Part shown: one piece after another, positions 29,553 to 38,600 of the stretch
How the letters are laid out: each line of letters opens with the position of its first letter
Position numbering within the stretch: the stretch's first letter is position 1
NCBI GenBank assembly: GCA_015063895.1
Contig: SVTG01000001.1
Coordinates: 13,260-77,259 of the forward strand
Direction: 5' to 3'
From: Oscillospiraceae bacterium
GTDB lineage: Bacteria; Bacillota; Clostridia; Oscillospirales; CAG-272
DNA: 64,000 nucleotides
Translations under genes and position numbers: made by a program
The notes under the pieces: model-generated
The model's database searches: none
Seen by the model: the letters and a program-made list of their open reading frames with translations, nothing else
What the model was told of the DNA's origin: nothing

Positions 29553-29774
29553 TTAAAGAGATTCCAGATAATTTACCACGTCACCGACGGTAATAAATTC
29601 GTTGGCGTCGTCCTCGGGGATTTCAATGTTAAATTGCTCCTCACATCTGAGGATCAGGTCTGCCAGATCAATCGAATTGATGCCAAGATCGCGGGAAAGC
29701 TCAGCATCAAGCGTGATCTCGCTTTCGTCGATCTGCAATTCCTCAACGAGAAGTTGCTTTACTTTATCAAACAT
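29553..29774 (-). CDS. acpP: acyl carrier protein
   Basis: 73 aa from the ATG after GGAGGA. Phosphopantetheine site DLGINSIDLADL. Confidence 0.85.
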   Translation of the reverse strand: MFDKVKQLLVEELQIDESEITLDAELSRDLGINSIDLADLILRCEEQFNIEIPEDDANEFITVGDVVNYLESL

Positions 29775-29946
29775 AAACAGTCCTCCAAAAGTTGATATAA
29801 CTATTATATAGATGAAAATGTAATTTGTCAAGGTTTTTTTGCCAAATTCGCATCATATATGCCTACTTTTGTCAAAAAACATTGACATTTTCGGTAAAAA
29901 AACGTATAATGTCGGAGAAGTTTTACACAAAATAAGGGGGGATTTC

Positions 29947-31893
29947 ATGGCTTTACTCAAGAAACGGCCGTTGGCGATGGCCTGTATATGCTTGATCATA
30001 AGTACGGCTTGTGCCTTTTTTCTCCCCGTGTTTTGGTGCGGTATAGCGGCCGTTGCGGCGAGCGTCGCATTTCTTATTGTGCTGACCGTCATGCTTAGCC
30101 GCGGTTACCGTTATTCCTTACTGTGTGTGCTGCTGGTGTGCCTATTGGTGGCTTTGGGGTTATTGCGCACGGGTTTTTATCGCCGCGGAACGCCAAGGCT
30201 TGAGGAACGTATCGGCCAAAGCGTGCAGGCCGTGCTGACGGTCGAAGAGGTCAGATACAGCAATGCCTATACCTCTGAGCTGCTGGTGCGTGTCGATACG
30301 CTGGGTGATGAGCATGCGGGATTTTTGGCAATTCTTGCCTTGGATTACGCCACACCGTTTTATAGCGGCGATATACTGGAGGGTGAATTTATATGCCAGA
30401 CGCTTGCGTATGATAGCTATTATCCTACCCAGCAATATCATTATATGGCTGAGGGGTGCCGCATTATGTTGCTGGGCAGCAGTGATACGCCGCCGATTTT
30501 GCAAGATCGCATTTCAAACTCTCTTAACACTACGCTGCTTGATTTGCGTCACTATCTTTCTTTGAAGCTTACAAACGCCGTTTCAGGAGACGCAGGCCGT
30601 TTGCTGAGTGCTATGCTGCTTGGCACGCGCGATATGCTTCCCGATACGCTGACGCGTGATTTTGGCCGTGCGGGTGTCGCGCACTTATTGGCTTTGAGCG
30701 GTCTGCACGTGGGGATCCTTGCGCTGATTTTTGACCGCTTGCTGTGTCTGTTTGCCATAGGCAAGCGATGGCGCGCATTGGCAACTATGCTGTTTTTAGG
30801 GTTTTATTTTGCCATGACAGGCGGCGCACTTTCTACGTTGCGTGCGGTCATCATGTTTGGTGTGGTCTATCTGGCCTTTTTCTGTAAAACAAGAGCCGAC
30901 GCGCTGACGTCACTGTTCTTGGCCGCGAGCGGCATTGTTCTGATACACCCCTTTGCCGTTTTCAGCGTTTCCTTTCAGATGACGGTTCTGGCGACACTCG
31001 GCATTTTGGCATATAGCGCCCTTGGGGCAGCTCTTTTACGGCGTCTGCGTGAGAGGCGAGGGCTGAAGGGGATTTTATATAAGTGTCTTGGTGCGCTTAT
31101 GCTTTCCTTGGTGATCAGTCTTTCTGCGGGCTTTGCCGTGTTGCCCGTGCAGTGGTATGCTTTCGGTACGTTGGCGGCCATGACTCCGATCTCCAATTTG
31201 ATCATTTTACCCTTGGCAACGCCATTTTTGTTATTGGGTCTGGCGACTTTGTTCTTATTCCCGAGTGGGCTTTTTGGCGTTTTGGCAGGTTATCTTGGCG
31301 AACTGATGCTACATTTTATCGAGTGGCTGGCTTCGTTTCGTGCGGTGTTTTCCTTGCAATATGCATTCGTGCCCTATCTCTTGTGGCCGCTTCTGATCGC
31401 GGCAGCAGTTCTGCTTTTGCTTGATCTGAAAAAGCGGCGCTGGTGCGCAGGACTGCCGATCTTAGCCTTTGTGCTGTGCTTTGCCGTTGGTGTTTGTATC
31501 GTACATAGGCACCAGGCAGGGCAGATAGAGGTCGCCTACCGTGTATCGGGCAAGCAAGAGGGGATCGTATGCACGTCGGCGGGGCGATCGTTGCTGATCG
31601 ACGTGTCGGGCGGTAGCTATGCACAGTTAAACGAGGATTGGAGTCTGGCGTGCGACGGCTATGCAACACAAATCGACGTCTTATGCCTCACACACTATCA
31701 TACGGCACACGCGGCAGGCTTCTCGAAGCTTGCTTCCCGTGTTACCGTACGGCAGCTTTGGGTGCCCACACCCACTACGGTGCAAGAGGCACAGACCCTG
31801 CAAGCACTTTTTGAGAACGCCACAGCCTGCGGTACTGCCGTGGTGCTATATGAGTACGGTACGCCTCTTACGGTATTTCGGGTGCCGCGCTAA
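29947..31893 (+). CDS. comEC: ComEC/Rec2 family DNA internalisation protein (reading frame breaks before the natural C-terminus)
   Basis: Polytopic competence domain (...GVAHLLALSGLHVGIL...) followed by the start of an MBL-like domain (...LCLTHYHTAHAAG...). The stop at 31893 is premature; see 31894-32215. Confidence 0.8.
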   Translation: MALLKKRPLAMACICLIISTACAFFLPVFWCGIAAVAASVAFLIVLTVMLSRGYRYSLLCVLLVCLLVALGLLRTGFYRRGTPRLEERIGQSVQAVLTVEEVRYSNAYTSELLVRVDTLGDEHAGFLAILALDYATPFYSGDILEGEFICQTLAYDSYYPTQQYHYMAEGCRIMLLGSSDTPPILQDRISNSLNTTLLDLRHYLSLKLTNAVSGDAGRLLSAMLLGTRDMLPDTLTRDFGRAGVAHLLALSGLHVGILALIFDRLLCLFAIGKRWRALATMLFLGFYFAMTGGALSTLRAVIMFGVVYLAFFCKTRADALTSLFLAASGIVLIHPFAVFSVSFQMTVLATLGILAYSALGAALLRRLRERRGLKGILYKCLGALMLSLVISLSAGFAVLPVQWYAFGTLAAMTPISNLIILPLATPFLLLGLATLFLFPSGLFGVLAGYLGELMLHFIEWLASFRAVFSLQYAFVPYLLWPLLIAAAVLLLLDLKKRRWCAGLPILAFVLCFAVGVCIVHRHQAGQIEVAYRVSGKQEGIVCTSAGRSLLIDVSGGSYAQLNEDWSLACDGYATQIDVLCLTHYHTAHAAGFSKLASRVTVRQLWVPTPTTVQEAQTLQALFENATACGTAVVLYEYGTPLTVFRVPR

Positions 31894-32215
31894 CGATAAC
31901 TGAGCCTGTCTTTGAAGCGCGCTCCACCGAGCCCGCTTTTGCCATCACGCTTTCGGGCGCCGAGCAAACGCTATATTACGAAACCGCCGCTTATGCCGAG
32001 TATGCGCGCATCGGTCGGCCCCGCGTGCAGCGCAGGAGGCCGCACTTTATATCGTGGGTGCCCACGGCCCCGTACCCCGTGAGGATATCCCATCGGCCGT
32101 TGAGGGGGCATGCACCGTGATTTTGCCGAGTCAGGCCGCCGTGACGCGCTTTTTGCCAAAACAAGCACACGAATACGTGGTCTATCCCAAAACTTACGTC
32201 ACGGTATTACAATAA
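31894..32215 (+). pseudogene. comEC: remainder of the comEC C-terminal domain in two other frames
   Basis: Frame 2 reads ...ALTITEPVFEARSTEPAFAITLSGAEQTLYYETAAYAEYARIG... Frame 3 reads ...AAQEAALYIVGAHGPVPREDIPSAVEGACTVILPSQAAVTRFLPKQ...VTVLQ* (stop at 32213-32215). Confidence 0.6.
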
Positions 32216-32300
32216 ACTGTCAAATGCGACACGCCTTTCATAGGATAATAAGGAAGAGCAGTATTGCTCTTGAAACCTTTAAAGGAGGAACCAATTTCCT

Positions 32301-33143
32301 ATGGGAGATAACAGATTTTCCTGTACGGGTGCAGGTGCGCAGAACGAGCGCTTCGGCATTGAAGCCTCGCGCATTCTGGACGCGTGTCGCGATAGAGATT
32401 GCTTTGAAGACGTACGCGTCTTTTTGACGGCAGGCGGCGCTGAATTGGTAGCACGCACGGGAAATATCCGTGTGAAATCTGCCAAGATCGTGGCATCAAA
32501 TATCTCGGTTGACCCCATTCAGTTCAACTGCGGCTTTTATACCGTGCTTGCAAGATTTTACGTGCTTTGCAGGTTTGAGGTCTGCGTGCCGATCGGTCAG
32601 TCGCAGGAGGTAGAGGGCATTGCCGTGCTTGAAAAGCGCGTGGTGCTGTTCGGGGGCGAGAGTAACGTCAGCGTCTTCCGCAGCAAGGCTTGCGACAGCT
32701 TCTGCGCGTCGCCCGAGCCTGTTTCCTGTGCGCAAAACGGCCCTGAGGCCGTCATTGAGGTGGTAGAGCCTGTGGTGCTTGGTGCGCGCTTTGTAGAGCC
32801 TGCCGAGTGCCATTGCTGCTGTTGTGGGTGCGATATTCCCAGTGCTGTCAGCGACCGCCTTTGCGGCACCGTATGTGACGACGACAGCGACGAAAATAAC
32901 GGCCGCTATCTTGCCGTTTCGCTGGGGCTTTTCTCGGTGATCCGTCTGGTACGCGACGGGCAGCTGTTGGTTGAGGCAAGCGAATTTTGCTTGCCCGACA
33001 AGGAATGCACTGCCGTGACCGATGAAAATCCCTGCTGCACCTTCCGCAATATGCCGTTCCCGACGGCAGCCTTTTGCCCCAACAACGTGGCACCTACCGC
33101 GGGTGAGGGGAGAGGTCGCAGCCGCTGCTGTGGCAATTCCTAA
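32301..33143 (+). CDS. hypothetical cysteine-rich protein
   Basis: 280 aa with an AGGAGG RBS. Many Cys residues, including CHCCCCGC and a C-terminal RCCGNS. No family recognised. Confidence 0.6.
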   Translation: MGDNRFSCTGAGAQNERFGIEASRILDACRDRDCFEDVRVFLTAGGAELVARTGNIRVKSAKIVASNISVDPIQFNCGFYTVLARFYVLCRFEVCVPIGQSQEVEGIAVLEKRVVLFGGESNVSVFRSKACDSFCASPEPVSCAQNGPEAVIEVVEPVVLGARFVEPAECHCCCCGCDIPSAVSDRLCGTVCDDDSDENNGRYLAVSLGLFSVIRLVRDGQLLVEASEFCLPDKECTAVTDENPCCTFRNMPFPTAAFCPNNVAPTAGEGRGRSRCCGNS

Positions 33144-33190
33144 ATAAAATAAGGGCGCCGTATGCGTAGTGCCCTTAAGGACACTACGCG

Positions 33191-33373
33191 TCGATATAGA
33201 TCCGCTTGCGCGGATCTTCGATATACGCTGACGCGTTCGATATGTGCTGACGCACTCGATATGCTCACTGCGTGAGCGCGGATCTATATCATATCGTGCT
33301 TGAGCGTAGCGAAAGCATATCGAATTTGCCGCAAGGCAAATATATCGAGCCGAGCGAAGCGACGGCATATCGA
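33191..33373. repeat. array of eight TCGATAT/ATATCGA boxes (4 + 4 inverted) separated by mini-palindromes, copy 2
   Basis: TCGATAT at 33191, 33218, 33237, 33256. ATATCG at 33291, 33317, 33342, 33367. The centre is GGATCTATATCATATCG. Confidence 0.85.
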
Positions 33374-33526
33374 CAAAATCAAAATAGCTTCTGTGGACAC
33401 AGAAGCAGCGCTTCGTATGCCTTAATTAAAGACTACAAAACGAGTGACAAAAGTAACGCAAAGGCACTCATGGCAAGTGATTTCCATAAGTGCTTTTTGC
33501 TACCTTTCGAGAAGTGCTCCTCCCCT

Positions 33527-33692
33527 CGTGTCATCCTGAGCGGAGGAAGGCGTATACGCCGCCCGCAGTCGAACCCGTAGGGCGATGCGCAGCATCGGGA
33601 TCTACGAGGGGAAAGGATGATATTCCCGCCCGAGATCCTGCTCGGCTTTGCCTCGCACTGCTTCGCAGTTCGGCTTCGCTCAGGATGACACG
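33527..33692. repeat. 16-bp perfect inverted repeat pair flanking 134 bp of GC-rich non-coding sequence
   Basis: CGTGTCATCCTGAGCG (33527-33542) and CGCTCAGGATGACACG (33677-33692). The interior contains further palindromes, e.g. GGCGTATACGCC. Confidence 0.8.
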
Positions 33693-33789
33693 GGCGGGAT
33701 TTCGCTTTGCAGGAGAATATGTCTTTAATGAAGTCGGTGGTTGCAAAGAAAAAAGGACGGGGAGTTTTTACAACTCCCCGTCCTTTTCC

Positions 33790-34779
33790 TTATTCGGTTT
33801 CCGCCTCGCCGTCCTTGCGGAGCTTGCGCCACTTAAAGGGCGAGCACGCATAACGCGCACGGAATTGATTGTGGAAAAAGCTCGTGTTTTCGTAACCGAC
33901 GGCAATGATGATATCGCCCACGGGCAGGTCGGTGGTCTCCAGCAGTCTTAAGGCCTCGTTAAATCGCTCCTCCTGCAGCAAACGGCTGAAGGTCGTGCCG
34001 CACAGCTCGCGCACACGCTTAGAAAGGTAGGGAACACTCAGCCCCAGCTTATCGGCCAGCTCCGTCAGAGTCGCGGTGCGGAAATTAGAGCGCAAATATT
34101 CCTCAATACGTGCTTGCAGCAGCTCGGCATCGGAGCGATGACGCGCGGCGGCGATCATACAGTCGGGCATTTCGGCAAAATGGCGCAGGATCAGCGCTAC
34201 GGTGCTTTTTAAAATATCGGGGCTTAAAATATCGTTGCCGACCATGGCATAGCAAAGGTTTTCAAACAAATTTTCAAGGGGTGGCACGCCTTCGGTAGAA
34301 AAGAGCATATACTCAGGCTCGCCGTTTGAGCGGATATTTTCCGCAATAAAGGAGGAAAGCGGCGAGGAGGGAGGCAGGACGGGCGCAAAGGAGTGGAAGC
34401 AGTCGGTGGCTAACAGAACGTTGACGGCAATATCGTCAACGCCCGTTTTGCGCACGTTATGCTGTGTGTGACGGTTTAACAGCAGCACGTCACCCGCGTG
34501 CATCTTTACCTCGCGGTGCTTGATCACGTGCGTGACCTCACCGGCGCATACGTAGGTCATTTCCACGTAGTTGTGACCGTGCGTAGGGAAGTCGGTAAAG
34601 CGCGTATGACGCCTGAGGGCGATCTGTTCACCCTCTTGCATGAGGCGATGATGATTGATGATAAATTCCTTGGTAAAGGCTGAGTAAAGCTTTTTGTTGA
34701 TCTTTTGCTCGCCCTCTAAAATGCGCTTTTCCTCATCACTGATATAGGAAAGTCGATTGAGAATTTCGGATTTCATCAT
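33790..34779 (-). CDS. AraC-family transcriptional regulator (cupin + HTH), probable rhamnose regulator
   Basis: ATGATG start after AAGGAGA. C-terminal AraC HTH (...IIIAVGYENTSFFHNQFRARY...). Divergent from rhaA-rhaD. Confidence 0.8.
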   Translation of the reverse strand: MMKSEILNRLSYISDEEKRILEGEQKINKKLYSAFTKEFIINHHRLMQEGEQIALRRHTRFTDFPTHGHNYVEMTYVCAGEVTHVIKHREVKMHAGDVLLLNRHTQHNVRKTGVDDIAVNVLLATDCFHSFAPVLPPSSPLSSFIAENIRSNGEPEYMLFSTEGVPPLENLFENLCYAMVGNDILSPDILKSTVALILRHFAEMPDCMIAAARHRSDAELLQARIEEYLRSNFRTATLTELADKLGLSVPYLSKRVRELCGTTFSRLLQEERFNEALRLLETTDLPVGDIIIAVGYENTSFFHNQFRARYACSPFKWRKLRKDGEAETE

Positions 34780-35043
34780 AAGTCTCCTTGCCAAAAAGTC
34801 TTATTATTTGTAGTATAGCACAAAAAAAGCGGCATTTCAAGTGCTTTTTGTTAAAAAAGGTCTTTTTTTGACAAACATACTGGCGTAATAAAAGACATTG
34901 CACCATCGCTCATAAAGGTGCGCGCACCGTGGGTAATGCCGATCTTAATATGAAAATAACGCATAATCCATCAAAATAACCGACCTTTTTCTTCGGCGCG
35001 TTTTTTGATAAACTATACTTGATAAAAACAGGAGGTGACTTTT

Positions 35044-36300
35044 ATGAGCTATATGGAAGCCAAGCAAAAATACGCAGCCCTTGGCATTGATACCGATGCG
35101 GCGATCGCCAAGCTGAAAACGGTGCCCGTAGCCTTGCATTGCTGGCAGGGTGATGACGTTGGTGGCTTTGATCAAAAGGATAAGGCGCTTTCGGGCGGTA
35201 TTCAGACCACGGGTAACTATCCCGGCAAGGCGACCACACCCGCTGAATTGATGCAGGATATTGATAAGGTGATCGAGCTGGTGCCCGGCACCGTGAAGCT
35301 CAATCTGCATGCTTCTTACGCTATTTTTGACGAGGAAAACGGCGGCTGGGTCGACCGTGACAGGCTGGAGCCCAAGCACTTTAAAAAATGGGTTGATTTT
35401 TGCCGCGCACGCGGCATCGGGTGTGACTTTAACCCCACGTTCTTCGGTCACCCCATGTGCGATCCCTTAACGCTTTCCTCCCCGAATGAGGAAACGCGCC
35501 GCTTCTGGGTGGAGCACGGTAAGGCATCGGTGCGCATCTCGCAATATCTTGCCGATGAGCTCGGCTACCCTTGCGTGATGAATATCTGGGCGGGTGACGG
35601 CTATAAGGATATCCCTGCAGACCGTTTAGGCCCGCGTCAGCGCTATAAGCAGTCCTTTGATGAGATCCTCTCCGAGCCCTTTGATAAAACGAAGGTGTTT
35701 CCGTGTGCGGAAAGCAAGGTCTTCGGTATTGGCGTTGAAAGCTATACCGTCGGATCGGCGGAATGGTGCCTGAAATATGCAGCAGGGCGCGACGATTGCA
35801 TTACCCTGATGGATAACGGTCATTATCACCCCACCGAGGTCGTCAGTGACAAGATCTCCGCCGTGCTTACTTACGATGAGCGTATGGCATTGCACGTAAC
35901 GCGCGGTGTGCGCTGGGACTCTGACCACGTGGTGCTGTTTGATGATGAGACCAAGGAGATCTGCAAGGAGATCGTGCGTTGTAACGCCCTCGATCGCGTG
36001 TTTATCGCCCTTGACTATTTTGATGCCTCCATCAACCGCATCGGTGCGTGGGTAACCGGCTTCAGAAACCTGCAAAAGGCACTGCTGTTTGCCTTGCTGC
36101 AGCCCAATGATCGGATGACCGAGATGCAGAACAAGGGTGATTTCGGCGCGCTGATGGCGCTTGCCGAGGAGCTGAAGACCTATCCCTTCGGCGAGGTCTT
36201 TGAGGAATACTGTCGCGTGTGCGGCAAGCCCGTTGACGGCGAGTGGTATCCTCTGATCGTTGATTATGAAAAAGAAATTTTAAGCAAGAGAGGCAACTGA
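35044..36300 (+). CDS. rhaA: L-rhamnose isomerase
   Basis: ATG after AGGAGG. 418 aa. ...VALHCWQGDDVGGF... is typical of RhaA. Confidence 0.9.
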   Translation: MSYMEAKQKYAALGIDTDAAIAKLKTVPVALHCWQGDDVGGFDQKDKALSGGIQTTGNYPGKATTPAELMQDIDKVIELVPGTVKLNLHASYAIFDEENGGWVDRDRLEPKHFKKWVDFCRARGIGCDFNPTFFGHPMCDPLTLSSPNEETRRFWVEHGKASVRISQYLADELGYPCVMNIWAGDGYKDIPADRLGPRQRYKQSFDEILSEPFDKTKVFPCAESKVFGIGVESYTVGSAEWCLKYAAGRDDCITLMDNGHYHPTEVVSDKISAVLTYDERMALHVTRGVRWDSDHVVLFDDETKEICKEIVRCNALDRVFIALDYFDASINRIGAWVTGFRNLQKALLFALLQPNDRMTEMQNKGDFGALMALAEELKTYPFGEVFEEYCRVCGKPVDGEWYPLIVDYEKEILSKRGN

Positions 36301-36301
36301 T

Positions 36302-37141
36302 ATGAGCATTTTTGACGTAAAAATTATCAAGGATTATATGCGCACCTGCAACGACGGTTGGGAGCAGGGCTGGCACGAGCGCAATGGCGGCAATCTGACC
36401 TACCGTCTTACCGCCGATGAGGTCGCGGCCTGCCGTCCTTACTTTAACGAGCCGCGTGAGTGGGTCAATATGGGCGTTGAGGCGGCACATCTTGGCGGCG
36501 AATATTTCCTCACCACGGGCAGCGGTAAGTTTTTCCGCAACGTTTTGCTTGACCCCACGCACTCGATCGGTATCGTGGAGATCAATGCCGCAGGCAACGC
36601 TTGGCGCGTGGTATGGGGGCTTGAGGGCGGTGCCCGTCCTACCAGTGAGTTCCCGAGCCACTTCATGAATCACGCTGTGCGCGTGAAGGCAACCAATGGC
36701 GCCTGCCGTGTCATTTACCACGCTCACCCTGCCAATATCATTGCCATGACCTATACCACGCCCCTCACGGCAAAGGCCTTCAGCCGTGCGCTTTGGCAGT
36801 CGGCAACCGAATGCCCTGTGGTATTCCCGGGCGGTGTCGGTGTGGTACCGTGGATGGTGCCGGGCGGTGCCGAGATCGCGCTTGCCACCTCCCACGTGAT
36901 GAAGGAGTTTGAGGCAGCTGTTTGGGCGCATCACGGGCTGTTTTGCTCGGGCCCCGATCTTGATATCACCTTCGGCCTGATGCATACCATTGAAAAGGCC
37001 GCAGAAATTTATAATCTCGTCATGAGTAGCGGCGGCGGTAAGGTAATGCAGACCATCAGCGATGAAAATCTGCTGGCGATCGCCAAGGACTTCGGTGTGC
37101 AGCTGCGCGAGGAGTTTCTGGAGCTTTCATACATAAATTGA
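36302..37141 (+). CDS. rhaD: rhamnulose-1-phosphate aldolase
   Basis: 279 aa class II aldolase. ...ERNGGNLTYR... and ...HAHPANIIAMT... motifs. Confidence 0.85.
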   Translation: MSIFDVKIIKDYMRTCNDGWEQGWHERNGGNLTYRLTADEVAACRPYFNEPREWVNMGVEAAHLGGEYFLTTGSGKFFRNVLLDPTHSIGIVEINAAGNAWRVVWGLEGGARPTSEFPSHFMNHAVRVKATNGACRVIYHAHPANIIAMTYTTPLTAKAFSRALWQSATECPVVFPGGVGVVPWMVPGGAEIALATSHVMKEFEAAVWAHHGLFCSGPDLDITFGLMHTIEKAAEIYNLVMSSGGGKVMQTISDENLLAIAKDFGVQLREEFLELSYIN

Positions 37142-37144
37142 TAA

Positions 37145-37174
37145 AGGAGCGACCGCAGGCGGTCGCTCCTTTTA
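37145..37174 (+). terminator. terminator after rhaD
   Basis: AGGAGCGACCGC..GCGGTCGCTCCT followed by TTTT. Confidence 0.75.
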
Positions 37175-37186
37175 CATAAAAAAGAA

Positions 37187-37222
37187 CAAAAAAGAGGGTG
37201 GAGCGTGTCCACCCTCTTTTTT
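37187..37222. terminator. bidirectional terminator (serves purA)
   Basis: AAAAAAGAGGGTGGA-GCGTG-TCCACCCTCTTTTTT. Confidence 0.8.
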
Positions 37223-37223
37223 A

Positions 37224-38498
37224 TCAGAACATTTGCACGTAAGCCTCGCGCTCAGCGCCAACGGATACGTACTTGATCTTGCAATCAACCAGCTCCTCAA
37301 GCTTCTTCACGTAAGCCACAAGCTCCTTGGGCATATCCTCGATCGTGCGGCAGCCGCTGATATCGCAGTTCCAGCCGTCAACGTACTCGTAGATGGGCTT
37401 AGCGATATTGAGAGCCTGGCCGGTGGGGAACTCGGTCACGCGCTCGCCGTTTACCTCGTAGGCAACGCAGATCGGGATCTTTTTCATATAGGAAAGAATA
37501 TCGGTCTTTGTGAGGGCAATGTAATCAGCACCCTGCACGCGGCAGCCGTAACGGGAGGCAACCACGTCAAAGGGACCTACACGACGGGGGCGACCGGTAG
37601 CGGCACCGTACTCACCGCCCGCACGGCGAAGCTCCTCAGCCTCCTCACCAAACCACTCACAGGTGAAGGGGCCTTCACCCACGCACGTGGAGTAAGCCTT
37701 CATGACGCCGTAAACCTCGTCAAGCTTCACACCGGGAATGCCCGAGCCAATGGGCGCGTAAGCGGCAATGGTGGAAGAGGAGGAGGTGTAGGGATAAATG
37801 CCGAAGTCAATGTCACGAAGCGCGCCAAGCTGTGCCTCAAACATAATGCGCTTGCCGGCCTGTACAGCCTCGGTAAGGTAAACGCCCGTATCAACCACGT
37901 AGTCACGGAAGATCTCGGCGTATTTCTTCAACCAAGCAAAAAGCTCATCGTAAACAAGGGGCTCAGCACCGTACATGCCCTCAACCATCAAGGACTTGTA
38001 CGCAACAATGCCACGCAGACGCTTCGCAAGGTAATCAAGGTCAAGCAGATCGCCCATACGAATGCATTTTTTGAGATATTTATCACCGTAAACGGGACCG
38101 ATGCCACGACGGGTAGAGCCGTATTTTTCGCCGGCCAGACGCTCCTCCTCCAGGCAGTCAAGCTGCACGTGGTAGGGCAGAGTGAGGATCGCGCGGTCGC
38201 TGATCTTCAGATTTTTGGGCGAGATATCAATACCGCCGTCGCGCAGTGCCTGTGCCTCTTTTTCAAGGTGTGCAAGGTCAATGGCCATACCGTTGCCCAT
38301 TACACAAACGACCTCGGGGCGCAGAATGCCGGAGGGCAGAAGATTGAGGATAAACTTGCCGCGCTCGTTGATCACGGTGTGGCCTGCGTTGTTGCCACCC
38401 TGATAACGAACGACGATGTCCTGCTGCTCGGAGAGAAGGTCGACCATACGGCCCTTGCCTTCGTCACCCCAGTTAATACCAACAATAGATGTAAGCAT
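37224..38498 (-). CDS. purA: adenylosuccinate synthase
   Basis: N-terminus ...GINWGDEGKGRMVD... and ...GGNNAGHTV... motifs. Confidence 0.95.
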   Translation of the reverse strand: MLTSIVGINWGDEGKGRMVDLLSEQQDIVVRYQGGNNAGHTVINERGKFILNLLPSGILRPEVVCVMGNGMAIDLAHLEKEAQALRDGGIDISPKNLKISDRAILTLPYHVQLDCLEEERLAGEKYGSTRRGIGPVYGDKYLKKCIRMGDLLDLDYLAKRLRGIVAYKSLMVEGMYGAEPLVYDELFAWLKKYAEIFRDYVVDTGVYLTEAVQAGKRIMFEAQLGALRDIDFGIYPYTSSSSTIAAYAPIGSGIPGVKLDEVYGVMKAYSTCVGEGPFTCEWFGEEAEELRRAGGEYGAATGRPRRVGPFDVVASRYGCRVQGADYIALTKTDILSYMKKIPICVAYEVNGERVTEFPTGQALNIAKPIYEYVDGWNCDISGCRTIEDMPKELVAYVKKLEELVDCKIKYVSVGAEREAYVQMF

Positions 38499-38600
38499 AG
38501 ATGCTACCTCCCTAATTTTTTACCAAACCTTATTATAACAAATTATTTTTGATTTTTCAACCTTAAAAGCAAAAATAGTATGAAAAAATATATTTTTTTA

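Noticed and set aside
32496-33368. 290-aa minus-strand ORF
   Set aside because: It is antisense to the Cys-rich gene and runs on through the CGATAT repeat array. No RBS and an Arg/Ala-rich shadow composition.
33490-33951. 153-aa plus-strand ORF across the inverted-repeat element and into the AraC gene
   Set aside because: It is composed of repeat or palindrome sequence and then of the antisense of a well-supported regulator gene.
37233-38552. 439-aa plus-strand ORF opposite purA
   Set aside because: Antisense shadow of purA.
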